From contig MU008162.1 of the NCBI GenBank assembly GCA_010909165.1, forward strand, positions 1,488,001 to 1,552,000: a stretch of DNA of 64,000 nt, in the 5' to 3' direction. Positions 45,001 to 57,555 of this stretch are shown here, piece by piece. Numbering within the stretch: position 1 is the stretch's first letter; each line of letters starts with the position of its first letter. The notes below the pieces were generated by a model that ran no database searches, was not told the DNA's origin, and worked only from the letters and a program-made list of their open reading frames with translations. A program made the translations under genes and the position numbers. The DNA is from Anthoceros angustus (taxonomy: Eukaryota > Plantae > Anthocerotophyta).

Positions 45001-48000
45001 GCGAGGCGGTGGTATGCTCATGTTGCCAGGCTCTTGACCCCTCCCTAGCCCCGCTTGAGGAGACCATTGTTGCCCTCGTGCCCTCCATCCGGCTCCCAAG
45101 GATGCCATCCCCGGACATATCGACTACGTCCGGAGGATCCCTTCTCTGGATCGGGCGGCTTTTGCTCGCACTCTCGACCCCGTCTTTCATCTGCGGGTTG
45201 TCGGGAATGGTGTTTGAACACCTCGGGGACCTTTTCTCCCGAAGATCCATCTAGCGGCTTCCCAGCTCTTTTCTGGCGGCTGCGGTGGCTCGGGGTGAGC
45301 GCCTCACCGGATTTCCCATGTTCTTGCGGCTAGCGGCTTGTCGCTATGGACAAGCTGCGTCAGGCGTCGCCCACTCGCGGTCGGGAAGCCTTCATGCGAC
45401 TACTCGGCCGCACTATTGCCCTTGATCGCTCTCTTCTTGACACCTCAACCCCTTCAATTTGGCATTGCCACTCAGGTGAGTGCATGGTGCTTGGAGTGAA
45501 GGCATGCCTTGATACCCACCGGGTGGGTGGTCTTCTGAGTTGATGTCGAGCCTTCAATACCATTTCTAGGGCGTCATCTTGAGGAGCTTAGGGATCTTGG
45601 CGTTGGGGCCTTATACCTTTTGTCCGGTGCTTCTACGGAGGTCCTCCAACCTCTACTACCGGCCTGAGCGTCTCTTGAGTTCTTGTCTACTGTCTTGGAA
45701 TCGGCCACGGTACAGGCAAGGCGACCCCTAGGCGGTGCTCTCTTCGCCATTGCTCACTATAGGGCCCTATCTAGGGCCGCCTTCTCAGCCTGTGTGTCTT
45801 CCCTTGGCAGCGACTCTCACATCCTCGGGCACAGGGACAAAGTTAAGGAGGCCTTTGAGCTCTTCTCTCATGAGCTTTCTGGTGGGCTTGAAGGTCAAGG
45901 TCCAAGTGCAGCGTCTGGTCTCGTCGGGATTCTACCTACTTTGCAATTTCCAGGGAGATTGCTCGGCTCTGGGGCTGCAGTTCTAGGGGTCCCCTTGGTT
46001 CCCACGACTTCATCGGGAGCTTCTGGACGGGCTCTCATGAGGACCTCTCCATGTCGAGGACCTCCCTTTCTTTGGAGGATGCAGGTGGCCTTTGGAATTC
46101 TTTCCTCTGTTTTGCTAGGCGCCACTGGTTACCTCATCCGTCTGTTGCCTCCATCCCACACTTTTGTCCGGCGGCGGTTTGATAGGAAGATTATGGATAC
46201 TCGGGGACATCACAGGCTCGGGGCTTTTGAGTGCCCTATGGGCGTCGGCCGGGCAAGCGTCCTACATGCAATTTGGAGGCACAGTGCTCTCTGGAGGTCT
46301 CTTCCGGCGGCTTTCACAGGCGGTTGGGCCCTCTACGCCCTGCTTTGGCTTCTCGGTTCATCCTCCATGAGGCCTTTACGGAGGATCTCGTATCAGTGTG
46401 GAGGAGGGAACCTTCTCTCTCAAGCGTCCTTGAGGCAAGCTAGGGACATGTTATCGGTGGATGCTCGGAAGGACTTCCCTCCTTTCTCGACATTTATTCT
46501 TGATGGTTTCGGGGTTGCGAGCATCTGCTCGAGCGGCTCGGCGGCTTTCGATCGCCCTCGGGGACCCCTCCATCCCGACACTTTTGTCCATTGCGGCGGT
46601 TTGATAGGAAGATTATGGATACTCGGGGACATCCAGGCTCGGGGCTTTTGAGTGCCCTATGGGCGTCGGCCCGGCAGCGTCCCTACATGCAATTTGGAGC
46701 CGCAGTGCACTCTCTGGAGGTCTCTTCCGGCGGCTTTCACAGGCGATTGGGCCCTCTGCCTGCTTTGGCTTCTCGGTTCATCCTCCATGGCAGGCCCTTT
46801 ACGGAGGATCTCGTATCAGTGTGGAGGAGGGAACCTTCTCTCTCCAAAGCGTCCTTGAGGCAAGCTAGGGACATGTTATCGGTGGATGCTCGGAAGGACT
46901 TCCCTCCTTTCTCGACATTTATTCTTGATGGTTTCGGGGTTGCGAGCATCTGCTCGAGCGGCTCGGCGGCTTTCGATCGCCCTCGGGACCCCTCCATCCC
47001 GACACTTTTGTCCATTGCGGCGGTTTGATAGGAAGATTATGGATACTCGGGGACATCCAGGCTCGGGGCTTTTGAGTGCCCTATGGGCGTCGGCCCGGCA
47101 GCGTCCCTACATGCAATTTGGAGCCGCAGTGCACTCTCTGGAGGTCTCTTCCGGCGGCTTTCACAGGCGATTGGGCCCTCTGCCTGCTTTGGCTTCTCGG
47201 TTCATCCTCCATGGCAGGCCCTTTACGGAGGATCTCGTATCAGTGTGGAGGAGGGAACCTTCTCTCTCCAAAGCGTCCTTGAGGCAAGCTAGGGACATGT
47301 TATCGGTGGATGCTCGGAAGGACTTCCCTCCTTTCTCGACATTTATTCTTGATGGTTTGAGGGGTTGCGAGCATCTACGCTCGAGCGGCTCGGCGGCTTT
47401 CGATCGCCCTCGGGACCCCTCCATCCCAGGTCCACAAGGCGCGGCTCGCTCTTGTTGCAGGAAGGCGCAGTGCTTGGCTGTTGGCCGCCCATGCATACGG
47501 GTTTCACATCGCACCAACCACCTTCACTCTGCGATGCGATTAGTCTTGCTGCTCCGGCTGTGGCTTCTTCGCTCCTTACTTGCGAGTGCGGCTCGCCTCG
47601 ATGATTACAGGGTACACCTTGCTCGTTGTCCCTGTCATCGCATTGCCACTCACGGCGCCATCCAGCGATGTCATGTTCGCCATCGCTCATGGCGGCTACA
47701 TGGCATGGAGGGAGCGGATGTATACTCTCCGTCTGGTCGTTCAATCGGTGACTGTACCTTGTCGTGGCGACCGGGTTTGATGGCGGATGTGGTGGTTACC
47801 GATCCTACGAGACACCATCTCGCTCGGTCATCACTAGCTAGTCGAGTTGCGAGCATCTGCTCGAGCGGCTCTCAAGGTCATAAATATAGCGGGATGCAAG
47901 CGGGCCACCTCTTTATTCGCTTGCACTAAAGCGTATGGGGCAATGGTGAGGACTTTGACAAATTTGTCAAGTCTGTGCCAAAGCTTACCATGCTGCGTAG

Positions 48001-48273
48001 AACCGCAGTCTTGTGTCCTCTCGTACTTCACGGCATACTTCCGACAGCGGGTTTCAATTGCCCTTCAGCGGCGCTCTCAGCGATCCTCCACAAGGCGGCG
48101 GTGGCGCATCTTCCTCTACCTCCGTGGTTTGCAGGCCGTTTATTCTTCCTGCATATGACATTGTGGGTGCAGTAGGTGACTTTTTTGCTCCTCTTCACCT
48201 CGACCCCTGGTCCCCTTTGGTTGTCCCCTCCTAGATGGGCTTTTCCCATCGTTTTTTCACCTCAATAAAATCT
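42080..48273 (+). mobile_element. Near-full-length, frameshifted RLE-type (CRE/MoTeR-like) non-LTR retrotransposon with a 10-bp TSD
   Basis: TSD TACTTTTGCT at 42070-42079 and 48274-48283. GC-rich 5' repeat at 42080-42780; C2H2-like KTHIGHMH; RT segments GEAFMRLLGRTI, ECMVLGVKACLDTH, AFNTIS, RQGDPLGGALFAIAH-like, SDSHILG (45.35-45.85 kb); RLE tail DVVVTDP..RQRVSIALQR; 3' hairpin and AATAAA. Internal tandem duplications of 1.2 kb x2 and ~423 bp x3. Confidence 0.85.
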
Positions 48274-48461
48274 TACTTTTGCTGTTCATTTTGAACATTC
48301 ATAGAGTCACTCATATTTATGAAACATATTTTTGAGTTAGAATATGATCAAATGAATAATTTTTAATTTACAATCACAGTAATAAGAAGATTTTTGGAAA
48401 CTCCGGCACAGAGGAGTATAGTCGATGATCGCCATGAGACTCAAATAAGACTCTATATCTA

Positions 48462-48850
48462 GAATGGGAAACATTTGTCCTTGGGTCACAAAATGGCCAT
48501 CCAGAATGGCAAAATTCTGTCCTTGGACCACGAAATGGTCATCAACAATGGGAAACAATTGTCCTTGTTTCCAGAAATGGTCATCAACAATGGGAAACAT
48601 TTGTCCTTGGGTCACGAAATGGTCATGAAGAATGGCAAAAAATTGTCCTTCGACCACGATATGGTCATGATGAATAGAAAACATTTGTCCTTGGGTCACG
48701 AAATGGCCTTCCAGAATGGCAAAATTCTGTCCTTGGGCCATGAAATGGTCATCAACAATGGGAAACAATTGGCCTTGGGTCACAAAATGGTTTATAATGG
48801 GAAAAATTTGTCCATAATGGGAAAAATTTGTCCTTGGCTCACGAAAATGT
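48462..48850 (-). repeat. 42-bp tandem array, inverted relative to 41058-41340, about 9 units
   Basis: aatgggaaacatttgtccttgggtcacgaaatggtcatc repeated. Confidence 0.92.
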
Positions 48851-49040
48851 CTTCAAAACGGGGGGACTATATATGGCATTCATGCAGATATGCCATACCT
48901 GGACAAATAGGTTTTGTGGACAAACTCTGAAGTTGCGTGCAGGAAAAACGACATGTGAAGGCCATGAGGCAGCTGACATGCCCTAGGACTTACGGGCATC
49001 ATCACTTCGCAGTTCCTCCTCCCTTTGTCGCGGTTAGCGA

Positions 49041-51042
49041 TTGTTCAGGCGACTCGGTTGGCTTGGTTCGACCATGGTTTGGGACGTTGACTTCGAAGAT
49101 TTGGCTGAGGCTCGCTTAAGCCTGCAACAAATCCCGAGCGTCCGTGACTTGGATGTTGGTGCCCAAAAGGTGGCTGGCTCGGAAGCAGGAGAGGAGGGAG
49201 GCCCATCGACAGCTGTTTGTGCCACGGTCACTAGTGAGAGTCTTTGGAAGCTGAAATGGCCGAGAACACGAGACTGCTACTGACGAGCGGCTGGCAACGC
49301 TTGGATGGAAGCACGGCAAAGGATGGTCCTAGAGCAGCAAGTGAGGTGGGCGCACCTGTGGAGAATGCAGATTCGACTGAAGTGGAGAGGGAGGATGATC
49401 ATCGCGTGGAGCAGGAGGTGGCAAGAGAGGTATCCGGTGCTAGAGGGGAGCTACTTCCTACAACAGTGGAGTCTGCTGCCGAAGTGGAGGAGGATGCCGA
49501 GAGAAAGCGTCCTCAAGGGGACTGGGTGTCTCCAATAGGCGGGGAGCTAACGGTGGAGCTGTTTGCTGCAGGGGAGAATCCAAAACTTTCAGAGGAGGAA
49601 TCTGCCAGGGCCGTGACATCTGGAGGGGAGGAGGAATTTGGCGTGAGTCCGGAGAAGGAGGATTGTGGTAATCGGGAGGAGCATGATGGTGCTGCCCAAG
49701 AGGCTGACCGTGTGGCTGGCGAGAGAGAGGCCATTGGTTTTGTGGACCTTTTGTTCCATGGCGATGGACAACCCCCAACAACGTGGGAGGAGGGTGCCTA
49801 TGGAGGGGAGGAAATTGCTGCCCTAAGAGTGGGCCCAGTGCATTGGAGGAGGCGGTTGGAGGGGCCAAGGAATGCACATATGATGGTCGGGAGGACGGTG
49901 GTGAGGAGAAGAACACCGGTAGCGATGATGGGGAATGCGCGAGTGAGGAGGCGGATGTGGAGATGGCGAGATGATGAGGTGGAGACGGACATCACAGTAC
50001 ATTGCCACTACAGAAATTGGAGGAGGCGGTTGGCGGTAAGCCACTAGACGACGTCATTGCCGTGTTGTGCAGGCTGCATGGGCGTGGTGGAGTGTACATG
50101 GCTGTGAGCCGGTTATGCGATGGAGGTTGGGTGGAGAATGAGGAGGAGGAGGAAGAGTCGTCCGATGAGGAAGGACGGTTGAGGAAGGCCTTCCACCAGC
50201 GTGTGTTGGAGCTAGTGTGCGCGAAAATGGAGTTGATGGTGCCATGGTCGAGCCACGGCGGCGGTTTGAGGACGGTGGTGAGGAAGGTAGAGTATGAGTT
50301 CCCAAGTATAGATCGTGAGGATATTGTGGCGAGAGAGGCCATTGGTTTTGTGGACCTTTTGTTCCATGGCGATGGACAACCCCCAACAACGTGGGAGGAG
50401 GGTGCCTATGGAGGGGAGGAAATTGCTGCCCTAAGAGTGGAGACTGGTCTGTTGGAGGAGGCGGTTGCGGAGGGGGGCCAAGGAATGCCTGCATATGATG
50501 GTCAGGAGGACGGTAAGGAGAAGAACACCAGCGGCAGCGATGATGGGGAATGCGCGAGTGAGGAGGCAGATGTGGAGATGGCAGATGATGAGGTGGAGAC
50601 GGACATACCGAGTACATTGCCACTACCTGAAATTGGAGAACTGACGGAGCAGTTGGCCGGTAAGCCACTAAACAACGTCATTGCCGTGTTGTGCAGGCTG
50701 CATGGGCGTGGTGGAGTGTACATGGCTGTGAGTCGGTTATGCGATGGAGGTTGGGTGGAGAATGAGGAGGAGGAGGAAGAGTCGTCCGATGAGGAAGGAC
50801 GACTGAGGAAGGCCTTCCACCAGCGTGTGTTGGAGCTAGTGTGTGCAAAAATGGAGTTGATGGTGCCATGGTCGAGCCACGACGACAGTTTGAGGGACAG
50901 ACTGGTGAGGAAGGTAGAGTATGAGTTCCCAAGTATAGATCGTGAGGATATTGTGGCCAGGTTTGCAGGTGCAAAAACAATGTTGGGTACCCAGTATTGT
51001 TTTTGCAGCCATCAAGTTCGTGCTGTGCACACCCTGCTGTGA
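49041..51042 (+). other. Degraded Glu-rich ORF of unknown origin with a ~610-bp tandem duplication (about 49720-50960)
   Basis: Consecutive overlapping acidic ORFs (49041-49283, 49244-50047, 50002-51042). Blocks REAIGFVDLLFHGDGQPP and DDVIAVLCRLHGRGG each occur twice. Confidence 0.5.
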
Positions 51043-52675
51043 GTCCTTAAGCCCCATACCACCAATCGCTGCGTCGACAGCAGCAGCAGATTCTCCACAT
51101 GTGAGGGCTGTTGTTGCCAAGTGTCTAATGTCTGTATCTGCCTCCGCATGAAATATCGGCTTCTTGTGTTTGGGCATATGGACGGACAACAGGTTGTGAG
51201 TAACAGGGGCTATGCAGCATACAAAACAAGATATACAGCCATGCCTGAGAAGCAAGCAAGAAGCAAACAGACAAAGGTGGAGTATTGTGTTGTAGTTCCA
51301 GCTCCGTGTACCTTGACCTAGTCTTGCACTGTACAGTGTCGCCACTATCCGCGCTGCAAAACCCGGATCAGATGCACTCCTTACGATGAAGTGGCTGCTG
51401 TAAACCTAAAGGCAAAGACGTGTCGTTGAGGAAGGCAGGTAGCTGCCAGCCCGCGAGGGAATGCAACCGAGGTACTAGACCCCGCTCAAAGCTTTGGTGG
51501 GAAAGGACGGGTTCGGAATGCACTTAGGTTTTAGTTGTCGGTTTTGTACAATGGTGGCAGCTAGAGAACTCTCGTGAAAAGAATGGTTGCTAGCATATAC
51601 GGTACAAAGTATGCGAAGCCTTCAATCTCTTGCTTGCAGGAATGCCAACACTGACAACACAATTTTGTTTCTCCGTCTCAGCAAATCTTGCCACGTATCT
51701 GTGACGTGTGCAAGGTGTGAGTATCGTAGTCCAGAGACACTGTTGCCCATGATCGGGTAATATGGATGGAGCACGGAGTAGGACCAGTGAGCAGGCAGGA
51801 GTGGTACCAAATACTCCAACAGCTAAGATCAGTTGGCCCACGTTGGAAATGCAACATAACCCGCGTACCTCTTTCAACCATCATCCGACTCGGGAGGAAG
51901 GCGGAAAAGCCGCAGGACAACGTATACAGTCTAATGATGAAACTGTCCCGAAACTTATGAGACTTCCTTGCAGTATCTTTGACTGTTTGTTTCCATCTGA
52001 ACCCATAGAGAACAGTAAACACGTGCAAACCGTAACGGCTAAGTATCCTCACCAAGTTAAGTAAATGAGTCACAAGTAGACCAAATGAAACCGCACCATT
52101 GATGGTGATGTGCTGTACTTTTTTAGGATTTCGCAATCTTAGCCAGTGCTCCAAGAACACAAAGTACAAGTCTGCAAGGCATAATTCCAGCAAATCAAGC
52201 CTTAAGGCATAACTTTGATAAAATTGCGGAAGAATGGAGTGCAAGTCGTTTGATTAAGATCCTCCACACTCCAGATAGAGGAATCACCACGCCTCCTAGT
52301 GAGAGCTCCAAGTTGGAATCTGATGTCGCGCGGACGGCGAGGCATGTACTACTAGATTATTTCTCCTAATTTCTTCGTATAGAGATGCATGTAGTGTGGT
52401 GGATAAGGTCGAGCACTATATGATGGTGGTCTCGGGTCCGAATCTAACATTGCGCGGACATCGAGGCATGTACCAAAATATTATTTTTCCTAATCAAATG
52501 GTCCCGAGATGCATAGCTAGTGTGGTGGATACGGTCAGGCACTGTATATTGGTGATCACGGGCTCTGGTGGATAAGGTCAGGCACTGTATATTGATGATC
52601 ATAAGCTCGAATCTGAGAGACGTGTAAGTATAGAATATTATTTTCAATTAAATACGTTATTTCGCAAAGATGGTA

Positions 52676-53201
52676 CAGTCGGCCCCCCCTAATTGGGAAC
52701 TCTATAAATGGGATTCCTCTCTAAATGGGACCTCCCATCCTACTCCCTTTAGTTTACAATGTAATAAATGGGACTTTTCCCTAAATGATAATTGGGACCT
52801 TTTGAAACATACATTCATGTTAGTTTCACCTCCCTACATGGGATTTTTATTGTTTTTACTAAAAAAAATAAAAAAGAATTGATTATTTCAGAGCACAATA
52901 TACTTTTAGTTGTGATTGAAGACTCTTAAGCTAAGCTTTTTCTTTTATGATAGGTAGAGGTTTTTTGATGTTGCTTTGAGAGAGTGCTAGTTTTCAAACA
53001 ACTATATAGAGAAGTGGTAAAAGTTATTTTTTGGGAAACCTATCAATCAAAATTTAAAATTCTCTTTTTTTGGGTATTTTTTATTTTTAGAGTTTATAAT
53101 ATTTTTATTATTTTTAAATAGAAAAAATATAATCGGGACACCTCCCTTAATGGAACCTCTAAAGGCACTCCGAACCAATCCCAATTAGGGAGGGTGGACT
53201 G
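52676..53201. mobile_element. Tc1/mariner-type MITE (526 bp) with TA target duplication
   Basis: TA|CAGTCGGCCCCCCCTAATTGGGA ... TCCCAATTAGGGAGGGTGGACTG|TA; TIRs match at 20/23; AT-rich non-coding interior. Confidence 0.85.
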
Positions 53202-53574
53202 TATAAGTCTTGTGTGTCCAAATGGCCTAGGCCAAATGGACACACATTTATAAGAACGTCGTGATTAAGCATCCTGAGCTTGGATCGGTACTTAGATGGG
53301 GTGGCTAAAGGGAGTGGATGCCCTTGGTGCAAGTAGCTTAGGCACACCATGGTACAAGTTGTTAAGTACCAAGTCCCATGATGGAAATCCGTCCTTAGTG
53401 AACTTAAATAAAATTCTTCTTCTTCTTCTTGTAGATAAGATTATGCACTGTATATTGGTGATCACGGGCTCGAATATGAGAGACGTGTAAGTATAGAATA
53501 TTATTTCCAATTAAATACGTTATTTCGCAAAGATAGTATTAGTCTGGTGGATAAGATCATGCACTGTAAATTAG

Positions 53575-54325
53575 CGTTTTACAACAGAACTTTTACAACA
53601 ACCAATACATTTTTTACAACCGAGTCTCTTTTACAATGATAACTTCAATTTGACAACAATGCTTTTACAATACATAAATCCAAATTTATAACACATATTA
53701 TCTATTTTACAATTATCTTTGATTTACTATTGTAACTCATGTTGTAAAGGGCCATGACCATTTCCCTCGTTGGTTGTCAACGTTATGTTAAATTACCCTA
53801 AGATTTTTTGTTGTAATTGGGGTTGTAAAATATAATTGTTGTAATCGCGTGTACATAGGACATAACACTAAGCACAACACTAATTTCATTACTGTAGAAT
53901 AATTCATAAAATTAAAGGTAATACTGTACTATTGGAGATACCCAAGTAGCATACATTGGTACCAAGTACTATTCATAGGGTTTCGAGCCATAACATGCAT
54001 ATGGTTAATTGCATCATAACGTTGTAAAAAGACACAGCGTTATAAATAGAGTAGACGGTGGTGCAAACCCCATGTTGTAAAATACTGGCATCATTGTAAA
54101 CCAATACCATGTTGTAAATATAGGAGATTGTAAACGCCAATGTCCAAAACTAAAGTTTGTTGTAATCTTTCAAACCTCCATTGTAAAAAGCCCTAAACAG
54201 TGCCACCTCGATAAAATATATAGTACAAAAATACCATCAGTTGTAAAAAGTCAAACACATGTTGTAAAGTGTTAAGTTCTATATGAAAATCATACATGGC
54301 TTGAAAACCCCCGTTGTAAAACAAA
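53575..54325. mobile_element. Foldback-like non-coding element with polarised TTTTACAA(C) / (G)TTGTAAA motifs
   Basis: About 7 TTTTACAA motifs at the left end and more than 10 TTGTAA motifs toward the right; typical of DNA-transposon subterminal repeats. Confidence 0.5.
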
Positions 54326-56817
54326 CGGACGGCCTAAAAACCCCTCTCTCTAGGATTGAAGGGGTAGTAAAGTGATGGTTTTCCTAGTAGTGTTAGCTGC
54401 TAAGGTCACGTCGTCCAACGTGCAGTATGTTTGGCTTCAGGTAGGTTTTGGCGCACTTGTTTGAGCCCATGCCTCTCTCCCAAATAAGGTGCACACTCAT
54501 CCTTGTGAAACCTGGCCTCTTCGTCGTAGTCTTCGTCCTTCTCCGAACATGGGGCGGCTGATGCCCTAGCCAACCAGGCTCGGATTTTGGTCTTCCCCCG
54601 CGCTTGGGCAGAGACGTTCCACGCCGTTGTCTCTCGGCGACATCCTGGCCCTCCCACCCATAGGTAATCTTACCCCTACCATGCTTGCCCCTCCCTCTTG
54701 TTCCATGGCCGCGCCCTGAAGCCGTGAGATGCAAAATGTTGTCGTCGTCCTCCTTTTTCTCGACATCTTCAGCAAGCTGAGAGTTTGTCCTAGCTCTTTT
54801 CACTTGTCATCACTTGCCCTTTAGGCTCTCTGGTGACGCATCGAGCAATTTTGCAGCCGCTTACAAGTTCTCATGAATTTCAACCAGATTTCCAAGAGTC
54901 TAGCCTAGTCCTTTCGTCCACCGTAGCCTCCATAGCTACATCTCCAGCTAAAGGCCGCTGTTGCCACGCGCCAAGTTGCCTGTCGCCAGGCGCCAAGCCT
55001 CCGCTTACAGTTGAATCTTCTTCGCCATTCTAGACATCTACGACCTAAGGCTGGTTGTGATTCACGGGAGCTTTGGAAAGATTAGCTTGTAGAATGGGTG
55101 GTCGAAAAAATAAGGAGAACATACCTCGACCTTAGCTAGATTCAGATGCTTGCTAATGTGTCCTTCAGTCTGGCGCCTGCACTGTGTAGTAAGAATTTCA
55201 AAGTAGTGACGACGCGGTTAGGGTGTGAAATCCTGCGACTAAGATGTGGTAAAGAACAAGGAAGAAGAGAGGATAGATAGAGCCACATGGACTTTGTCTC
55301 AATAGCTCTGGTGGGAACGCAATACATGTTACATTTCGCGGGTTGTAACATGGCGGGAAAACAATTCAAACTAAACATGGTTTATTATCCATGATTTAGG
55401 GTCCATTTATAGGCATAAGTGTCCTTGGATTTTGGTACCCAAATTCCCCCTCCGACCCGACCACGTGTGGCTCCTAGAGCCCAAAGAAATGTACTATGAT
55501 TGTCGAAGTCCAAGGAAATCTATAGTGATTTTCATGAACCAGGAAACCCATTTTCTTGCGAGCCTATATATACATTTTCGTGTAATTCCGATTAATTCCC
55601 CAGTTATTTCACGCTGTGGTTAGGGTCTTCGGGTTTCGTTAACCATGGTTCATCAAACCATGGTTACAAGAACTCAAAGCCCAATGAACCTTGGTTGACC
55701 AGAGTGTGTTGTCTTTGACCACTCGAGAGCACCTTGATACACGCGCCTGATTCTCCGACTTCAGATCCAAGTTCAGGCTTGCGACGGCAATGTGGCAGTG
55801 TACGTAACGCCTGTTTGCATGTAGCTGCATGTGGCGTTTAGCCATTGGTCACACTTGGCCATAAGAAGGGGCCACCGCTGCCCATCCTCCTCGATGGTGC
55901 CGAGCCCGATTCCACTTGCCTTCTCCTACTGCTACAGCATCGTGACGACTTTGCTTGCTCTTGCTTCTGGTCAATATGGGATTTCCGCATTTTTGGACTG
56001 GTGCCTCTGCTTGCTTGGCTTCTGCGCTGGGGCCTATGTGCCTGACACCTTAATCGTGACCCCTATTGAAGCGCGTCTGTGCCCCCATGCCTCCGCACCC
56101 CCATGCCCCTGACGTCGACCCTTCTTAGAGTCATTAAGTGTGACATTTTTGAGTTCGTTGATGCAGGTTCTGGTTGTGATTCACAGGATTTGAAATGGCT
56201 GGAGCGTCCGGATATGGGTGGGCAGAGTGTGGTGCCGAGTGCGAGGCGAACATGTGCCAGACCTTTACTGATGCGTGGGAGATACGACAACACCCCCCAC
56301 TCGACCCAGAGATACGACAACACCCCCCACTCGACCCACCCATGTGGGGAGGTGCCTTTCTCAAATTGACACCATGATTGTAATGATGGCAGTGCCGTGG
56401 ACACCCGGTTTCTTAGATTGGGTAGAAGCTCAATGGCATACAATGAGGCTTTTGTGGGATGCCATAAAGACACAGTTTGGCCCAAACCCCGCTTAGCGCA
56501 CATTCTAAACCTTGTAACTCCTTCCTAATAAACCCTAGGCTTTAGATGTATGTGGGATTAGGGTTGAAACCATACACAAAGACCTTATTGTAAACCAGTA
56601 CAATCCCTACTAGAAAAGGCAGCCGTATCATTTAGGGTGACATATACGGTATCATTAATACGAAGAACGTATTGATACGGGCATTTATGTGTGGTGGTAT
56701 TATGGACATATTAGTAGTAATTACTATGTAAAACTTGGTATTCTATAGGGCAAAAGTAAAAAGAGAATGGTAGATGAGGAGGAGGTTCGGTACTAAGCCT
56801 AGAAAAGTGTTACAAGA

Positions 56818-57085
56818 CTTTTCTTGTAACACTTTATATGTTGCAATCTTGAGAGAGGACAAAAGCACCTCTCACTTCATCTCAACATAATTGCAATACC
56901 CTTGCAACATGATTGCAACAAAAGTGTTGGTTTGGTTTCCAAGCCAAAGTGTTTTCTTGTAACACTTTATATCTTGCAATCTTGAGAGAGGACAAAAGCA
57001 CCTCTCAATTCATCTCAACATAATTGCAATACCCTTGCAACATGATTGCAACAAAAGCGCTGGTTTGCTTTCCAAGCCAAAGTGT
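56818..57085 (+). repeat. 133-bp direct tandem duplication
   Basis: ttcttgtaacactttatat... starts at 56821 and 56954. Confidence 0.9.
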
Positions 57086-57382
57086 AACAAGGGGCCCAAA
57101 AAGTGTTATATAGCCCCAAAATTGCAACATGAGTGTTACATGCAGTGGTCCAAATCTTAACATAAAGTGTAACATAAGCAAGCATTTATAGTACGGAATT
57201 CATGATAAAAGCCAACTCATTATAAGTGTCATATTCACACGTAGCAAACCCTTCAAAAGTATAGCGCCTTATTGTAAATAGTTTCGTTGTAAAAGTCAAA
57301 CCCCTGTTGTAAAACACCCCTGTAATGAAGCAGGTGTGTTCCATTGTAAACCATCACGCAGTAAAACATAAAAATTTGCAGT

Positions 57383-57555
57383 TAAGTCTCCCGCCGTATT
57401 GTAAAGTGAAAGGATCGTCGTAGTAAAGTCTCCCGCCCTGTTGTAAAGTGAAAGGATCGTTGTAGTAAAGTCTCCCACCCTGTTGTAATGTGAAAGGATC
57501 GTCGTAGTAAAGTCTCTTGCTCTGCTATAAACTGAAAGGACCGTCGTAGTAAACT
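57383..57555 (+). repeat. 4 x 42-bp tandem repeat (tagtaaagtctcccgccctgttgtaaagtgaaaggatcgtcg)
   Basis: aagtc anchors at 57384, 57426 and 57468; unrelated in sequence to the 41 kb and 48 kb 42-mers. Confidence 0.88.

Noticed and set aside
41058-48850. 42-bp arrays as CRISPR
   Set aside because: Units are contiguous with no unique spacers; eukaryotic context; no cas genes.
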